The notes below the pieces were generated by a model that was given only the letters and a program-made list of their open reading frames with translations, made no database searches and had not been told where the DNA came from. DNA of 64,000 nucleotides from Gammaproteobacteria bacterium (lineage in GTDB: Bacteria; Pseudomonadota; Gammaproteobacteria; UBA4575), in contig JAQWYM010000038.1 in NCBI GenBank assembly GCA_029253965.1, forward strand, positions 914 through 64,913, read 5' to 3'. Made by a program: the position numbers and the translations under genes. The stretch's first letter is position 1, and each line of letters begins with the position of its first letter. Positions 8,792 through 17,987 of the stretch are shown here, one piece after another.

Positions 8792-10366
8792 ATGACTGAC
8801 AGAATCCGTCTGCACTATTTAATGCACATAGAACTTGCTGATGCTGAGGCATTAGCTGAAAAAATTCTTATTGAACAAAGTGTCGAGACACCATTAGATG
8901 TCTTGAGTGATGACATCAAAGAAAAGATTCTTGGCAGAATTGAGCTTTTAGAAGAGCTCAGCGATCGTGCCGGTTACTGCCGAGTAGTCTTTAGCTTTTC
9001 AGCAGCTAATGTAGGTGAAAGTTTCAATCAACTACTCAATCTATGTTTCGGTAATGTGTCGATGTACCCCGGCGTACGGTTGCTAGATATTGAGCTCCCT
9101 GAGAGTGTTTTAAGCCATTTCCAAGGACCGCGTTTTGGTATTCAAGGTGTTCGCCAGGCACTGGGTGTTTATCAACGTCCCTTATTAGCGACAGCACTCA
9201 AGCCAAAAGGTGAAAGTGATGCCTATTTCGCTGACCTAGCTTATGCCTTTGCTAGTGGTGGCGGCGATATCATTAAAGATGATCAAAATCTGATAGCGAA
9301 TTTTAGCGCCTTTCAGTCACGGACAACTGCGTGCCAACAAGCATTACAGCGAGCAGCAGATGATAGTGCCAGCCGTTGCCTATACTTCCCTTATATTGCC
9401 TCTAAATATGAAGAGCTGGAGCGTCATTTTGCTTGGCTTAAGGAGTTGGGGCTGAAGGGTGTTTTATTATCACCTCTGATTATGGGGCTGGATCACGCGC
9501 GTGGTTTGGCGCAGCAATATGATCTTATCTATATGGCTCATCCTGCTTTTTCTGGAAGTTTTAGTATTCAAGCTTCACACGGTATGTCAGCTGAACTGCT
9601 TTATGGTTACCTCTATCGACTGGCTGGAGTTGATATCTCAGTATTTCCTAATGCCGGTGGTCGCTTCTCTTTTAGTCAGTTAGAGACAGCAGCTATTAGC
9701 CAGCGTCTTCGAGCGCCACTAACAGGGATTGCTGCAGCCTTACCCTGTCCAGCAGGTGGGATGACCTATGCCGATTTGCCAGACATGGGGCTGACCTATG
9801 GTGCCGACTCAGTGTTTTTGCTTGGGGGTTCTTTGTTACAACATAATGCGGATAGCAAAAAATCGACAGCAGACTTTAAAGCAAAGATTCTAGAGCAATT
9901 TGATGAGGAGTTAGTTGCACAGGAAAAAAGTGTTAAGGCAGTTTCTTCCTGCGAGATTGGTGACTCAGCGGCACAAGCGTTTCTAGAGTATCTGCCAGCA
10001 GTAGATTTTGATTGGCAAGATCGTCCGGCCATTCTCTATAAAAAAGATCAGACACTACCTTTTACCGGTGTGAAACGCATAGAGCTCATTGGCAAGCAAG
10101 ATGAAGCATGTTGCTTTGACTTGCGTTATTTTGAAATCGAAGCAGGCGGTTATTCCAGTCTGGAACGTCATCAGCATAGTCATGTCATTATCGGTGCACG
10201 TGGTCGAGGTAAGGTCTTAGTTGCTGAGAAAAACTATTATTTATCGGCGCATGATGTGATTTATATCAAGCCAAACACGGCGCATCAAATACATAACCAT
10301 GAAGATAAACCCTTAGGTTTTTACTGTATTGTTGATCGGAATAGAGACCAAGCAGAGTCTATTTAA
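8792..10366 (+). CDS. RuBisCO-like protein (form IV large-subunit homologue) fused to a C-terminal cupin domain
   Basis: Residues 1-~400 show ALKPKGES (KPK motif), GGGDIIKDDQNL (equivalent to GGLDFTKDDEN, but with Q in place of E204), PNAGGRF, PCPAGGM and LLGGSL. Residues ~415-524 show the cupin motifs G.YSSLERHQHSHVIIG ... IKPNTAHQIHN. Confidence 0.8.
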   Translation: MTDRIRLHYLMHIELADAEALAEKILIEQSVETPLDVLSDDIKEKILGRIELLEELSDRAGYCRVVFSFSAANVGESFNQLLNLCFGNVSMYPGVRLLDIELPESVLSHFQGPRFGIQGVRQALGVYQRPLLATALKPKGESDAYFADLAYAFASGGGDIIKDDQNLIANFSAFQSRTTACQQALQRAADDSASRCLYFPYIASKYEELERHFAWLKELGLKGVLLSPLIMGLDHARGLAQQYDLIYMAHPAFSGSFSIQASHGMSAELLYGYLYRLAGVDISVFPNAGGRFSFSQLETAAISQRLRAPLTGIAAALPCPAGGMTYADLPDMGLTYGADSVFLLGGSLLQHNADSKKSTADFKAKILEQFDEELVAQEKSVKAVSSCEIGDSAAQAFLEYLPAVDFDWQDRPAILYKKDQTLPFTGVKRIELIGKQDEACCFDLRYFEIEAGGYSSLERHQHSHVIIGARGRGKVLVAEKNYYLSAHDVIYIKPNTAHQIHNHEDKPLGFYCIVDRNRDQAESI

Positions 10367-10824
10367 AGAGTGCTGTTCTTCAGATGAAACAGCAGCATAT
10401 TAGTCATGGCTGAAAAGTTTTTGCGGTAAAACGCTTGCAGACATAACACCGTTTTAGGGTCGTCAGCACTGATCGATAGCTGCGTTTGCTGGCTGTCGCT
10501 GAGTAAGGAATCGTAGCCTGTCTGAGTGGCTATGGTTTGGCTGGATGTCGCGTCACCACAGATTTGATTGGCACGTTGCTGCCATAAAAAAGCGAGTGAA
10601 CGTAATGCGTCGCTATTCTCTTGTGACAAGGTGATTAGCAACTTCCGTTTCTTTTCTATTATGTGCTGATCATTCTCTATGTCGCCAGCAGCCGTGTCAT
10701 AATAATGTCCAAATTTAAACAACATTTGTTCTGCGATACGTTCTTCTGAATCACTTTGTCCGCAGGCTATTAGCAGTAGACTAAGCAGCATGAGAATGAG
10801 TGTTTTAAAATGATGGTCGCACAT
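10363..10824 (-). CDS. Hypothetical lipoprotein
   Basis: Signal peptide plus lipobox LLLIAC|GQS. No recognisable domain. Convergent with the RLP gene, overlapping it by 4 nt. Confidence 0.45.
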   Translation of the reverse strand: MCDHHFKTLILMLLSLLLIACGQSDSEERIAEQMLFKFGHYYDTAAGDIENDQHIIEKKRKLLITLSQENSDALRSLAFLWQQRANQICGDATSSQTIATQTGYDSLLSDSQQTQLSISADDPKTVLCLQAFYRKNFSAMTNMLLFHLKNSTL

Positions 10825-11162
10825 ACTCAGAAAGTCTCTTTATCACTGTTATGCGCTGAATGAGTCTCTAGTAAAGTGCTGCGCAAGTACTGGGCTAAGA
10901 TAAATGTTAAGTGTTTATACGTGCATGCTGTTTTAGAAACGCTAATCATCTTTTTTCAGCCCCTGTATCATTGGTTAATTATTGTAAAATTTGTTTACAT
11001 TTAGAAGCTTTTGCGTACACTGGCTATATCTATGAAAGTATATAGCAGGTTTTTCACAGTAGTCCGGTAACCCTTCGGTAGTTTCTCGTTTTATCTGTTT
11101 AACCTAATTCCTGCCTTCTTGCATAGCCAAGTAAATATTTAATTTAATTTCGGAGTTTAGTT

Positions 11163-11369
11163 ATGTCGACATCTATCGGCCACGTAAAATGGTTTAATGA
11201 ATCTAAAGGATTCGGTTTCCTAGAGCAAGAAAACGGAAAGGACGTGTTTGTACATTACAGCGCAATTTCTGGCGCGGGTTTCAAAACCTTGAAAGAAGGC
11301 CAGAAAGTCCAGTTCACTGTCGAAGACGGTGATAAAGGACTTCAAGCGGTAAATGTTGAGCTTCTCTAG
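11163..11369 (+). CDS. Cold-shock protein (CspA family)
   Basis: 68 aa with RNP1 KGFGF and RNP2 VFVHYS motifs. Preceded by a long noncoding region of about 330 nt, typical of csp leaders. Confidence 0.95.
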   Translation: MSTSIGHVKWFNESKGFGFLEQENGKDVFVHYSAISGAGFKTLKEGQKVQFTVEDGDKGLQAVNVELL

Positions 11370-11421
11370 ACGCCTGTGATCTTTAGGCTGGTCACTATCT
11401 GGCCAGTCTACAGATTCAATT

Positions 11422-12384
11422 TTAGTTCGAAGATTCTGTTAAGTGCCTCAATAAGGCGCTCCAATCTAGTGACTCTCGGTGCGGGTTATAATTTTTTTGT
11501 AGCTTAAGACACTGTGCTTTGAGGCGGGAATAAAATGACCTGTCGCGCTCTAATTTGATTAGCTTTTTACACAACATTGCTGTGTCTGATAGCGCGTAAT
11601 AGCCTTCATAATTTTCTCCAAGCAACCCCACATTGCCAGCTACCTTAGATGCCAGTATTGGTAAACCAGCAGTAATTGCTTCACAAATAACATTTGCTCC
11701 ACCCTCCAATTTTGAAGAAATTATCATCACATCGGCCTGTTGGTAGAGTGTCGCTAACTGTCTTTTATTAACTTCACCATGCCAATGATAACGCCGATTG
11801 ACTGCTGTCTCTCTGTGTCCTTGCAAGCCCCATGAGGGGCTGTGAGCACGCCCATAATGATGCACTTGTATCCTACTGCTTGCAGGTAATGATCGTGTTG
11901 CTTTGGCTGCCTGAAATGGATTTTTAACATCACGTAAATGGCCAACAACAAGCGCCAGAAAGTGTTTGTTTGGCTTAACTCTGAGTCGCGGTATAGTGGC
12001 TGATTGCGGGATCACACAGAGACGCTGTTTTAGCTCATAAGGTAGGGCATGGATCACTTGGTGATTAAGCCCGAGTAACACATCAGCCTCATGCATCGCT
12101 TTTAATGTGCTGTCATGATGGCTATTAATATACTGGTAAATATCAGTGCCTGAGAGAACAACGATAAGCTTTGCTAAGGGATTGTGTCGTTTAAATTGAA
12201 AAATAGCCTCTTGGCTTCGCCAAGCATGAATTGCGATCATTAAATCCGCTGTTTCTGCACTATATTTCTCGGCCACGGTGACATCATGACCCAGCTGAGT
12301 TAATAGAATAGCCCAGCGATTGGCACTAATACGATTACCATTAGTTGAGTTTACTGGGGCAGGGGTGACTAAAATGATCTGCAT
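11422..12384 (-). CDS. senB: GT-B glycosyltransferase, putative selenosugar synthase (SenB/TIGR04348-like)
   Basis: N-terminus MQIILVTPAP.NSTNGNRISANRWAILLTQLGHDV and a C-terminal GT1-like E-x7-E region (SKLEGGANVICEAITAGLPILAS). It is divergently paired with a selD fusion gene. The family assignment rests on remembered family features and context and needs an HMM check. Confidence 0.55.
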   Translation of the reverse strand: MQIILVTPAPVNSTNGNRISANRWAILLTQLGHDVTVAEKYSAETADLMIAIHAWRSQEAIFQFKRHNPLAKLIVVLSGTDIYQYINSHHDSTLKAMHEADVLLGLNHQVIHALPYELKQRLCVIPQSATIPRLRVKPNKHFLALVVGHLRDVKNPFQAAKATRSLPASSRIQVHHYGRAHSPSWGLQGHRETAVNRRYHWHGEVNKRQLATLYQQADVMIISSKLEGGANVICEAITAGLPILASKVAGNVGLLGENYEGYYALSDTAMLCKKLIKLERDRSFYSRLKAQCLKLQKNYNPHRESLDWSALLRHLTESSN

Positions 12385-12623
12385 GTTTTAATAATTCTAC
12401 TTAATGTTGTGAGTATGGGTAAAATACTAAGCATCGTTGTAACGTATTATTCTCTCACAAGCTTGAACTGATATATTCAAAGATATCTGACATTGGTCTG
12501 TACTCTGTAAAGAACATTACATTAAAAGTTGAGATAACACCTCTGTAGCTTGCGAGCTCGTTTTGATAGACACCGACCTCAGTTTTAAACCCATTTCTTG
12601 ATAGCCTAGGATAAATACTTGTC

Positions 12624-14894
12624 ATGCAGAAAGTACAGACACCAATTGTAAAAGACTTGGTTCTAATTGGTGGTGGTCATGCACATTTAGCCGTTCTAAA
12701 GAAATTTGCAATGCAACCATTACCCGGGCTTCGACTCACCTTAATTACGCGTGATTTGCATACACCTTATTCTGGAATGCTACCGGGGTATGTGGCTGGC
12801 CACTATAATTATGATGACTGTCATATTGATCTTGCTCGTCTTGCTCGCCTTGCTCAATGCCGTATTTATCATGCAGAAGTAGAAGGCTTACAACTTACTG
12901 AGCAGCGCGTTGATGTGGCTGGAAGGCCATCTGTATATTTTGATCTATTATCCATTAATACAGGTTCGACTCCGGCTGTTTCTAAGATCAGTGGTGCAGA
13001 GCAATATGCGATAGCAGCTAAGCCAATTGATCGCTTTCTAGAACAATGGCGGCAACTACAAGCTAGGGTCTTAGCAGCGGCTGGAGAATTTCCAATTTCA
13101 GTGGTCGGTGGAGGTGCTGGTGGTGTTGAATTAGCTTTAGCGATGCACCATCGACTGTCTCAGTTACAAAGCGAGCAGCCTATAACGCAGAATAAGGCAA
13201 AGGTATCTATTCGACTAATTACCAAAAGTGAAACAATATTACCAACCTATTCCAACAGACTGCGCAAACGTTTTTATACTATTTTGCAGCAACGTGGAAT
13301 TGAGATCATTGAAGGCCTTGGTGTCAGCAAGACAGAAGCTAATAAGCTGTATTTAGATGATCAAACTAAGCTGGCTTCATTAGCTAATATAGTGGTGACC
13401 AATGCTGCCGCACCTACTTGGCCAAAAAAGAGTGGTCTTGCTGTGGATGAGGCTGGTTTTATTCAAGTCAATGCACAGCTACAGTCTCTCTCTCATGAAA
13501 ATATTTTTGCTGCTGGTGATATCGCGAGTTTCGCTCAGCTAAAGCAGAAGTCTGGTGTTTATGCGGTTCGTCAAGGGCGAATATTAAGCGCTAACTTACG
13601 GCATTTTGCGCTTAAAAAATCACTCAAAAAATATCATCCGCAGAAGACTACTTTAAGTCTTATTGGTACAGGCGATAAAGTAGCTATTGCTTCACGCGGC
13701 TTATGGACAGCTTCAGGCCCTTCAGTTTGGCGCTTGAAGAACTGGATTGATCAACGTTTTGTTCGGCAGTACAGTGATCTGCAAGCTATGCAGGAAGATG
13801 AAGTCCCAGGCTTTAATACGAAGTTAGCAGATGAGCAGGCCGCTCGTGAATTATCTACTTTAGCGATGCGTTGTGGTGGCTGTGGAGCCAAGGTTGGTAG
13901 CAGTGTACTGGCTCGAGTAATGCAGCGATTACCACAGCAAAGTCGTGCTGATGTGCTGGTTGGACGAGATGCCCCTGACGATTGCGCTGTTATTACTGTG
14001 CCTGCAGGCAAGTTATTAGTGCAAAGTGTTGATTATTTTCGTGCCTTTGTTGACGACCCCTACTTGTTTGGTGCGATTGCTAGTAACCATGCCTTGGGCG
14101 ATGTTTTTGCGATGGGTGCTGAGGCACAATCAGTTTTAGCCATTGCAACGGTACCCTATGCTCGTGAACGAGTGGTTGAAGAAACACTTTATGATGTTCT
14201 TGCTGGTTGCATGTATATGCTTGAAGGCACTGGCGCCATACTCACGGGGGGCCACTCTGCTGAAGGTGCAGAGCTTTCTTTTGGTTTGAGTGTAAATGGT
14301 TTGGTTAAGGCCGATAGTGCCTGGAGCAAGGCAGGCCTGCAGGCTGGAGACGCCTTTTTACTGACCAAGCCAATTGGTACTGGCACTTTATTTGCAGCGG
14401 ATATGCGCGCACAAGCGAAGGGACGGTGGATTGATTCAGCTTTAGATAGCATGATGCTTTCTAGCCAACAGGCAGCACAATGCTTGATGAACTATAAGGT
14501 CACTGCCTGTACTGATCTGACTGGCTTTGGCCTGCTCGGCCATCTATTTGAAATGACTAAGGCATCAAAGGTGGGTGCGGAGTTATACATTGATCAAATT
14601 CCTCTGCTTGATGGTGCGCAAGAGACAGTTAATGCAGGTATTCTTTCATCGTTGCAGCCACAGAATTTGCGTTTAAAAAGAGCCTTGAATAATCTTGAGA
14701 AAGCAGCACAACACCCTCGCTTTCCGCTGTTATTTGATCCGCAGACAGCAGGAGGCTTGCTGGTAGCCGTACCCTTTGATCAAGCCGAGACCTGTCGCAA
14801 TGAGTTAATAAGATGTGGTTATTCAGATACCGCTATTATTGGCCAAGTACTTGGATCAGCTGATCAAACTCAACCCATTAAAATTGTATATTAG
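12624..14894 (+). CDS. selD: Bifunctional FAD/NAD(P)-dependent pyridine nucleotide-disulfide oxidoreductase (NDH-2-like) :: selenide, water dikinase SelD
   Basis: N-terminal ~390 aa carry two Rossmann motifs (LIGGGHAH; VVGGGAGGVE) and TPYSGMLPGYVAG. C-terminal ~350 aa are SelD-like: RCGGCGAKVG (catalytic Cys and Lys; Cys rather than Sec), DDCAV, the PurM-like fold and TDLTGFGLLGH. Confidence 0.85.
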   Translation: MQKVQTPIVKDLVLIGGGHAHLAVLKKFAMQPLPGLRLTLITRDLHTPYSGMLPGYVAGHYNYDDCHIDLARLARLAQCRIYHAEVEGLQLTEQRVDVAGRPSVYFDLLSINTGSTPAVSKISGAEQYAIAAKPIDRFLEQWRQLQARVLAAAGEFPISVVGGGAGGVELALAMHHRLSQLQSEQPITQNKAKVSIRLITKSETILPTYSNRLRKRFYTILQQRGIEIIEGLGVSKTEANKLYLDDQTKLASLANIVVTNAAAPTWPKKSGLAVDEAGFIQVNAQLQSLSHENIFAAGDIASFAQLKQKSGVYAVRQGRILSANLRHFALKKSLKKYHPQKTTLSLIGTGDKVAIASRGLWTASGPSVWRLKNWIDQRFVRQYSDLQAMQEDEVPGFNTKLADEQAARELSTLAMRCGGCGAKVGSSVLARVMQRLPQQSRADVLVGRDAPDDCAVITVPAGKLLVQSVDYFRAFVDDPYLFGAIASNHALGDVFAMGAEAQSVLAIATVPYARERVVEETLYDVLAGCMYMLEGTGAILTGGHSAEGAELSFGLSVNGLVKADSAWSKAGLQAGDAFLLTKPIGTGTLFAADMRAQAKGRWIDSALDSMMLSSQQAAQCLMNYKVTACTDLTGFGLLGHLFEMTKASKVGAELYIDQIPLLDGAQETVNAGILSSLQPQNLRLKRALNNLEKAAQHPRFPLLFDPQTAGGLLVAVPFDQAETCRNELIRCGYSDTAIIGQVLGSADQTQPIKIVY

Positions 14895-14902
14895 AGGACG
14901 TT

Positions 14903-15124
14903 ATGTTTAGTTATAAAGCAATTGTGCTGTGGTTATTTCTTGCAATCAGCTTGGGTTTAGCACCGTATTTTCCTGAACCTCATATCTATCAAAAAATAAT
15001 CTTAATGGGTGATCCTAGTTTTACTTTCGCGCTGATTGATTGGTTCGATCTTGGATTGCATAGTTTGCCTTGGATTGGCTTGATGATCTGTTTCTATAAT
15101 TGGGTTAAGCATAAGTGTTCATGA
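14903..15124 (+). CDS. Small hydrophobic protein (2-3 TM), hypothetical
   Basis: Starts 8 nt after the selD stop. Hydrophobic segments only; no family recognised. Confidence 0.35.
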   Translation: MFSYKAIVLWLFLAISLGLAPYFPEPHIYQKIILMGDPSFTFALIDWFDLGLHSLPWIGLMICFYNWVKHKCS

Positions 15125-15177
15125 GTATGCCTATAAACCCTTGCTGCCATGGTCTGCTTAATTTGAAAAGAATTCTC

Positions 15178-17190
15178 ATGACTGCTTTCCTACTGCTGTC
15201 ATTAAGCATTTTACTTTTTGATCAAACGGCAAAGGCCGAAGACTTTCCGAGACCGGCTTCATTACAAAAAGATGTTGGCTTCTGGTTGAAGGTTTATACC
15301 GAGGTGACGACACGGCAGGGATATATTCATGACGCTCAGAATTTAGCCGTCATTTATGATCGAATTGAGATGGGTGATAGCCGTCGCAAAAACAGAGAAA
15401 AAATTAAACAGATAAAGAAAGAATATGCTGAAGCCTTGCATAAGATTGCAAACGGCAAGCGCAGCAATCTTAGTCGTAATGAGGCTAGGGTGTTGAAATT
15501 ATGGGGTGCTGAGGTAACCAATGAACGCCTACTGCAAGCAGCCAAGGATATCCGCTTTCAATTAGGTCAAAGTAATCGTTTTAAACAGGGTGTCATCCGT
15601 TCTGGTGAATGGCGTAGCTATATTGATAGTGTTTTTGCAGATATGGGCCTGCCTAAAGAGCTAGCGATTCTGCCACATGTTGAGTCTTCATTTAATCCCA
15701 ATGCCTACTCTAGAGTCGGTGCTGCAGGACTCTGGCAATTTATTCGTGCCACTGGGCGACGTTATATGACAATCGACTATATTGTTGATGAGCGTATGGA
15801 CCCGTTTGCAGCAACTCGTGCTGCTGCACGCCTGCTGCAACACAATAATGAAATCATCCATAGTTGGCCTCTGGCATTGACTGCCTATAATCATGGCCTT
15901 GCGAGTATGCGTAGAGCAGTCAATACCATTGGTACGCGTGATATTGAAGTCATTGTGCGTAACTATAAAGGTCGTTATTTTGGTTTTGCATCACGTAACT
16001 TTTATGTCGCTTTTCTAGCTGCTCTGGAAGTAGATAGAAATCCAGAAAAGTACTTTGGTACCCTGCATAAAAATCAGCCCTATGATTATTCAATGTTTAA
16101 GCTTGAGCACTACATCTCAGCTAAAGACTTGAGCCAGGCCAGTGGTGTTTCAATCAAACAGTTGCGACAGCATAATCGCTCATTATTAGAGCCCGTTTGG
16201 AATGGTAGTAAGCATATTCCTAAAGGCTTCATATTACGTATTCCCAAGACTCGAAAAGCTCAGTCATTACAAAGTATCCTGCTAGCAATGCCTGCGAGTC
16301 AACGCCATAGTCAGCAGACGCCTGATGTTGAACATAGGGTGGTGCGTGGTGATACCTTATCTGAGATTGCTAAACGCTACGGTTATAAGGTTAGTGAGCT
16401 CCGTGCTGTTAACGGTATTGGTCGCAGGAATATTATTCGCATAGGTCAAAAATTACGCCTGCCTGTTGATTCAGCAGAAAGGTTAGCCACTGTCCGTTTG
16501 GCCAAACTCGATCAAGTTGCTGAGGCTGCTGCTAAAGTGTCTATAAGCTCTGATGCTAAGCAAGCCATGAGCGTGACTGATGACGACATAGAACAGAACA
16601 CAGTGGTTAAGAATGATGGCATGATCGACTCAGTGGATTCTGCATTACTCGAGACAGTCGAGCTAGATAAAGAAGAGGCCAGCAATACACCAGTGGCTAC
16701 TGAGGTTGCTGAATCTGATGAAAGTGCAGAAGTAATCGGTGCTAATTTATTATCTGACCCTAGTGATTACACTGTGGCTGCCGATGCAACAATCCAAGTG
16801 CAGGCCTCTGAAACCTTAGGTCATTATGCTGACTGGTTGGATATACGTGCGAGTCGCTTACGTAACATCAATAAGATGCGCTACGGTAAGCCCGTTATTG
16901 TTGGTCGTCGTATTAGTTTGGATTTTTCAGAGGTCAATGTTGAGCAATTTGAACGCAAACGATTGGCCTTTCAACGTCAGCTACAAGGTGAGTTCTTTGA
17001 TCTCTATCGGATCGCTGCAACCTACACGCATACAGTTAAACGGGGTGAATCCCTATGGGTGCTGACCTTGCGTAAGTTTAAGGTGCCGTTGTGGTTGTTG
17101 ATTCAACACAACCCTGATCTTGACCTGAATAAAATTCATCCCGGCATACAATTAGTGGTGCCAGAGCTCGTTCCGGTTGTTGCTGAGTAA
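15178..17190 (+). CDS. mltD: Membrane-bound lytic murein transglycosylase D-like (SLT domain plus LysM repeats)
   Basis: Signal peptide begins at the ATG at 15178. SLT catalytic motif LPHVESSFNPNAYSRVGAAGLWQF. LysM modules HRVVRGDTLSEIAKRYG and HTVKRGESLWVL. Confidence 0.8.
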   Translation: MTAFLLLSLSILLFDQTAKAEDFPRPASLQKDVGFWLKVYTEVTTRQGYIHDAQNLAVIYDRIEMGDSRRKNREKIKQIKKEYAEALHKIANGKRSNLSRNEARVLKLWGAEVTNERLLQAAKDIRFQLGQSNRFKQGVIRSGEWRSYIDSVFADMGLPKELAILPHVESSFNPNAYSRVGAAGLWQFIRATGRRYMTIDYIVDERMDPFAATRAAARLLQHNNEIIHSWPLALTAYNHGLASMRRAVNTIGTRDIEVIVRNYKGRYFGFASRNFYVAFLAALEVDRNPEKYFGTLHKNQPYDYSMFKLEHYISAKDLSQASGVSIKQLRQHNRSLLEPVWNGSKHIPKGFILRIPKTRKAQSLQSILLAMPASQRHSQQTPDVEHRVVRGDTLSEIAKRYGYKVSELRAVNGIGRRNIIRIGQKLRLPVDSAERLATVRLAKLDQVAEAAAKVSISSDAKQAMSVTDDDIEQNTVVKNDGMIDSVDSALLETVELDKEEASNTPVATEVAESDESAEVIGANLLSDPSDYTVAADATIQVQASETLGHYADWLDIRASRLRNINKMRYGKPVIVGRRISLDFSEVNVEQFERKRLAFQRQLQGEFFDLYRIAATYTHTVKRGESLWVLTLRKFKVPLWLLIQHNPDLDLNKIHPGIQLVVPELVPVVAE

Positions 17191-17195
17191 GCGGC

Positions 17196-17984
17196 TTATT
17201 TTTTAATAATGGCTTCTAAAAACACGAGACTATCTTTTCGGCTTTCTTCAAAGGCTGCTTGATTACGTCCTAGCATATGACCTTTATAGGCCTGTATTGG
17301 AATGTTTAAGTCAAAGCTATGGTATGCCTCCGCGTAGACCTTAAGCTCAAGCCCTTGTTGCTGCCGTTGGCCTGATAGTTGTCGGCAGAGTGAGGCCGGT
17401 GTCCAGTCATCTTTTTCACCAATAAGTACCAATGTGGGACTCACCAAACGCGCATTATTATTGAGCATATAACCGCACCATGGGTAGAGAGCAATGGCGC
17501 CACTAAAGCGGCTCTCTGACGCTGCTAGGCGCTGTCCCTCAGTACTAGCACTCAAGAGTGCTACGCTCGCGCCGTTACTTTGACCGAGTACGAAAATATG
17601 TTCACTGATATCGGCTCGAGCTGCAAGGTAGTCATAGGCCATAAAGGCATCTTTATTACGATAGTCTAAAGCCTGACGTAAAAGGTCAATAGACGAACAG
17701 ACGCGACCACCGGATAAACTACGTTTACTGAATGAGTCGACTATTAGCGTTGCATAGCCCTGTTTCTTGAAAAAATTAGCCCAGTCTGTCAAGCCTTCTT
17801 TAACCACAGCAATCAATCCTGAGCAACCATGCATAGCCACTATGGCGGGAAACGGTCCGACCCCTTCCGGTAAATGAAGCTGATAGATAACATCAGAATT
17901 TGACTCATCTGCGATAGCTGTAGAAAAGTTTAATGAAAGACTTAATAGTGCAGCGACTAAATAATATAGGCCGTTATTCTTCAT
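17196..17984 (-). CDS. Secreted alpha/beta hydrolase, dienelactone-hydrolase family
   Basis: Signal peptide, HGCSG, a nucleophile-elbow-like GQSNGA and a C-terminal AYHSF. It ends the minus-strand gene string. Confidence 0.65.
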   Translation of the reverse strand: MKNNGLYYLVAALLSLSLNFSTAIADESNSDVIYQLHLPEGVGPFPAIVAMHGCSGLIAVVKEGLTDWANFFKKQGYATLIVDSFSKRSLSGGRVCSSIDLLRQALDYRNKDAFMAYDYLAARADISEHIFVLGQSNGASVALLSASTEGQRLAASESRFSGAIALYPWCGYMLNNNARLVSPTLVLIGEKDDWTPASLCRQLSGQRQQQGLELKVYAEAYHSFDLNIPIQAYKGHMLGRNQAAFEESRKDSLVFLEAIIKK

Positions 17985-17987
17985 GTC

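Noticed and set aside
11370-11421. Possible terminator after the csp gene (CTGGTCA-CTATC-TGGCCAG)
   Set aside because: The stem includes a G-U pair and is not followed by a U-tract on either strand. It is too weak to annotate.
12963-12973. GGTTCGACTCC, a tRNA T-arm-like sequence
   Set aside because: It lies inside the intact 756-aa PNDR::SelD reading frame. I could not build an acceptor stem, anticodon arm or D-arm around it, so it is a chance match.
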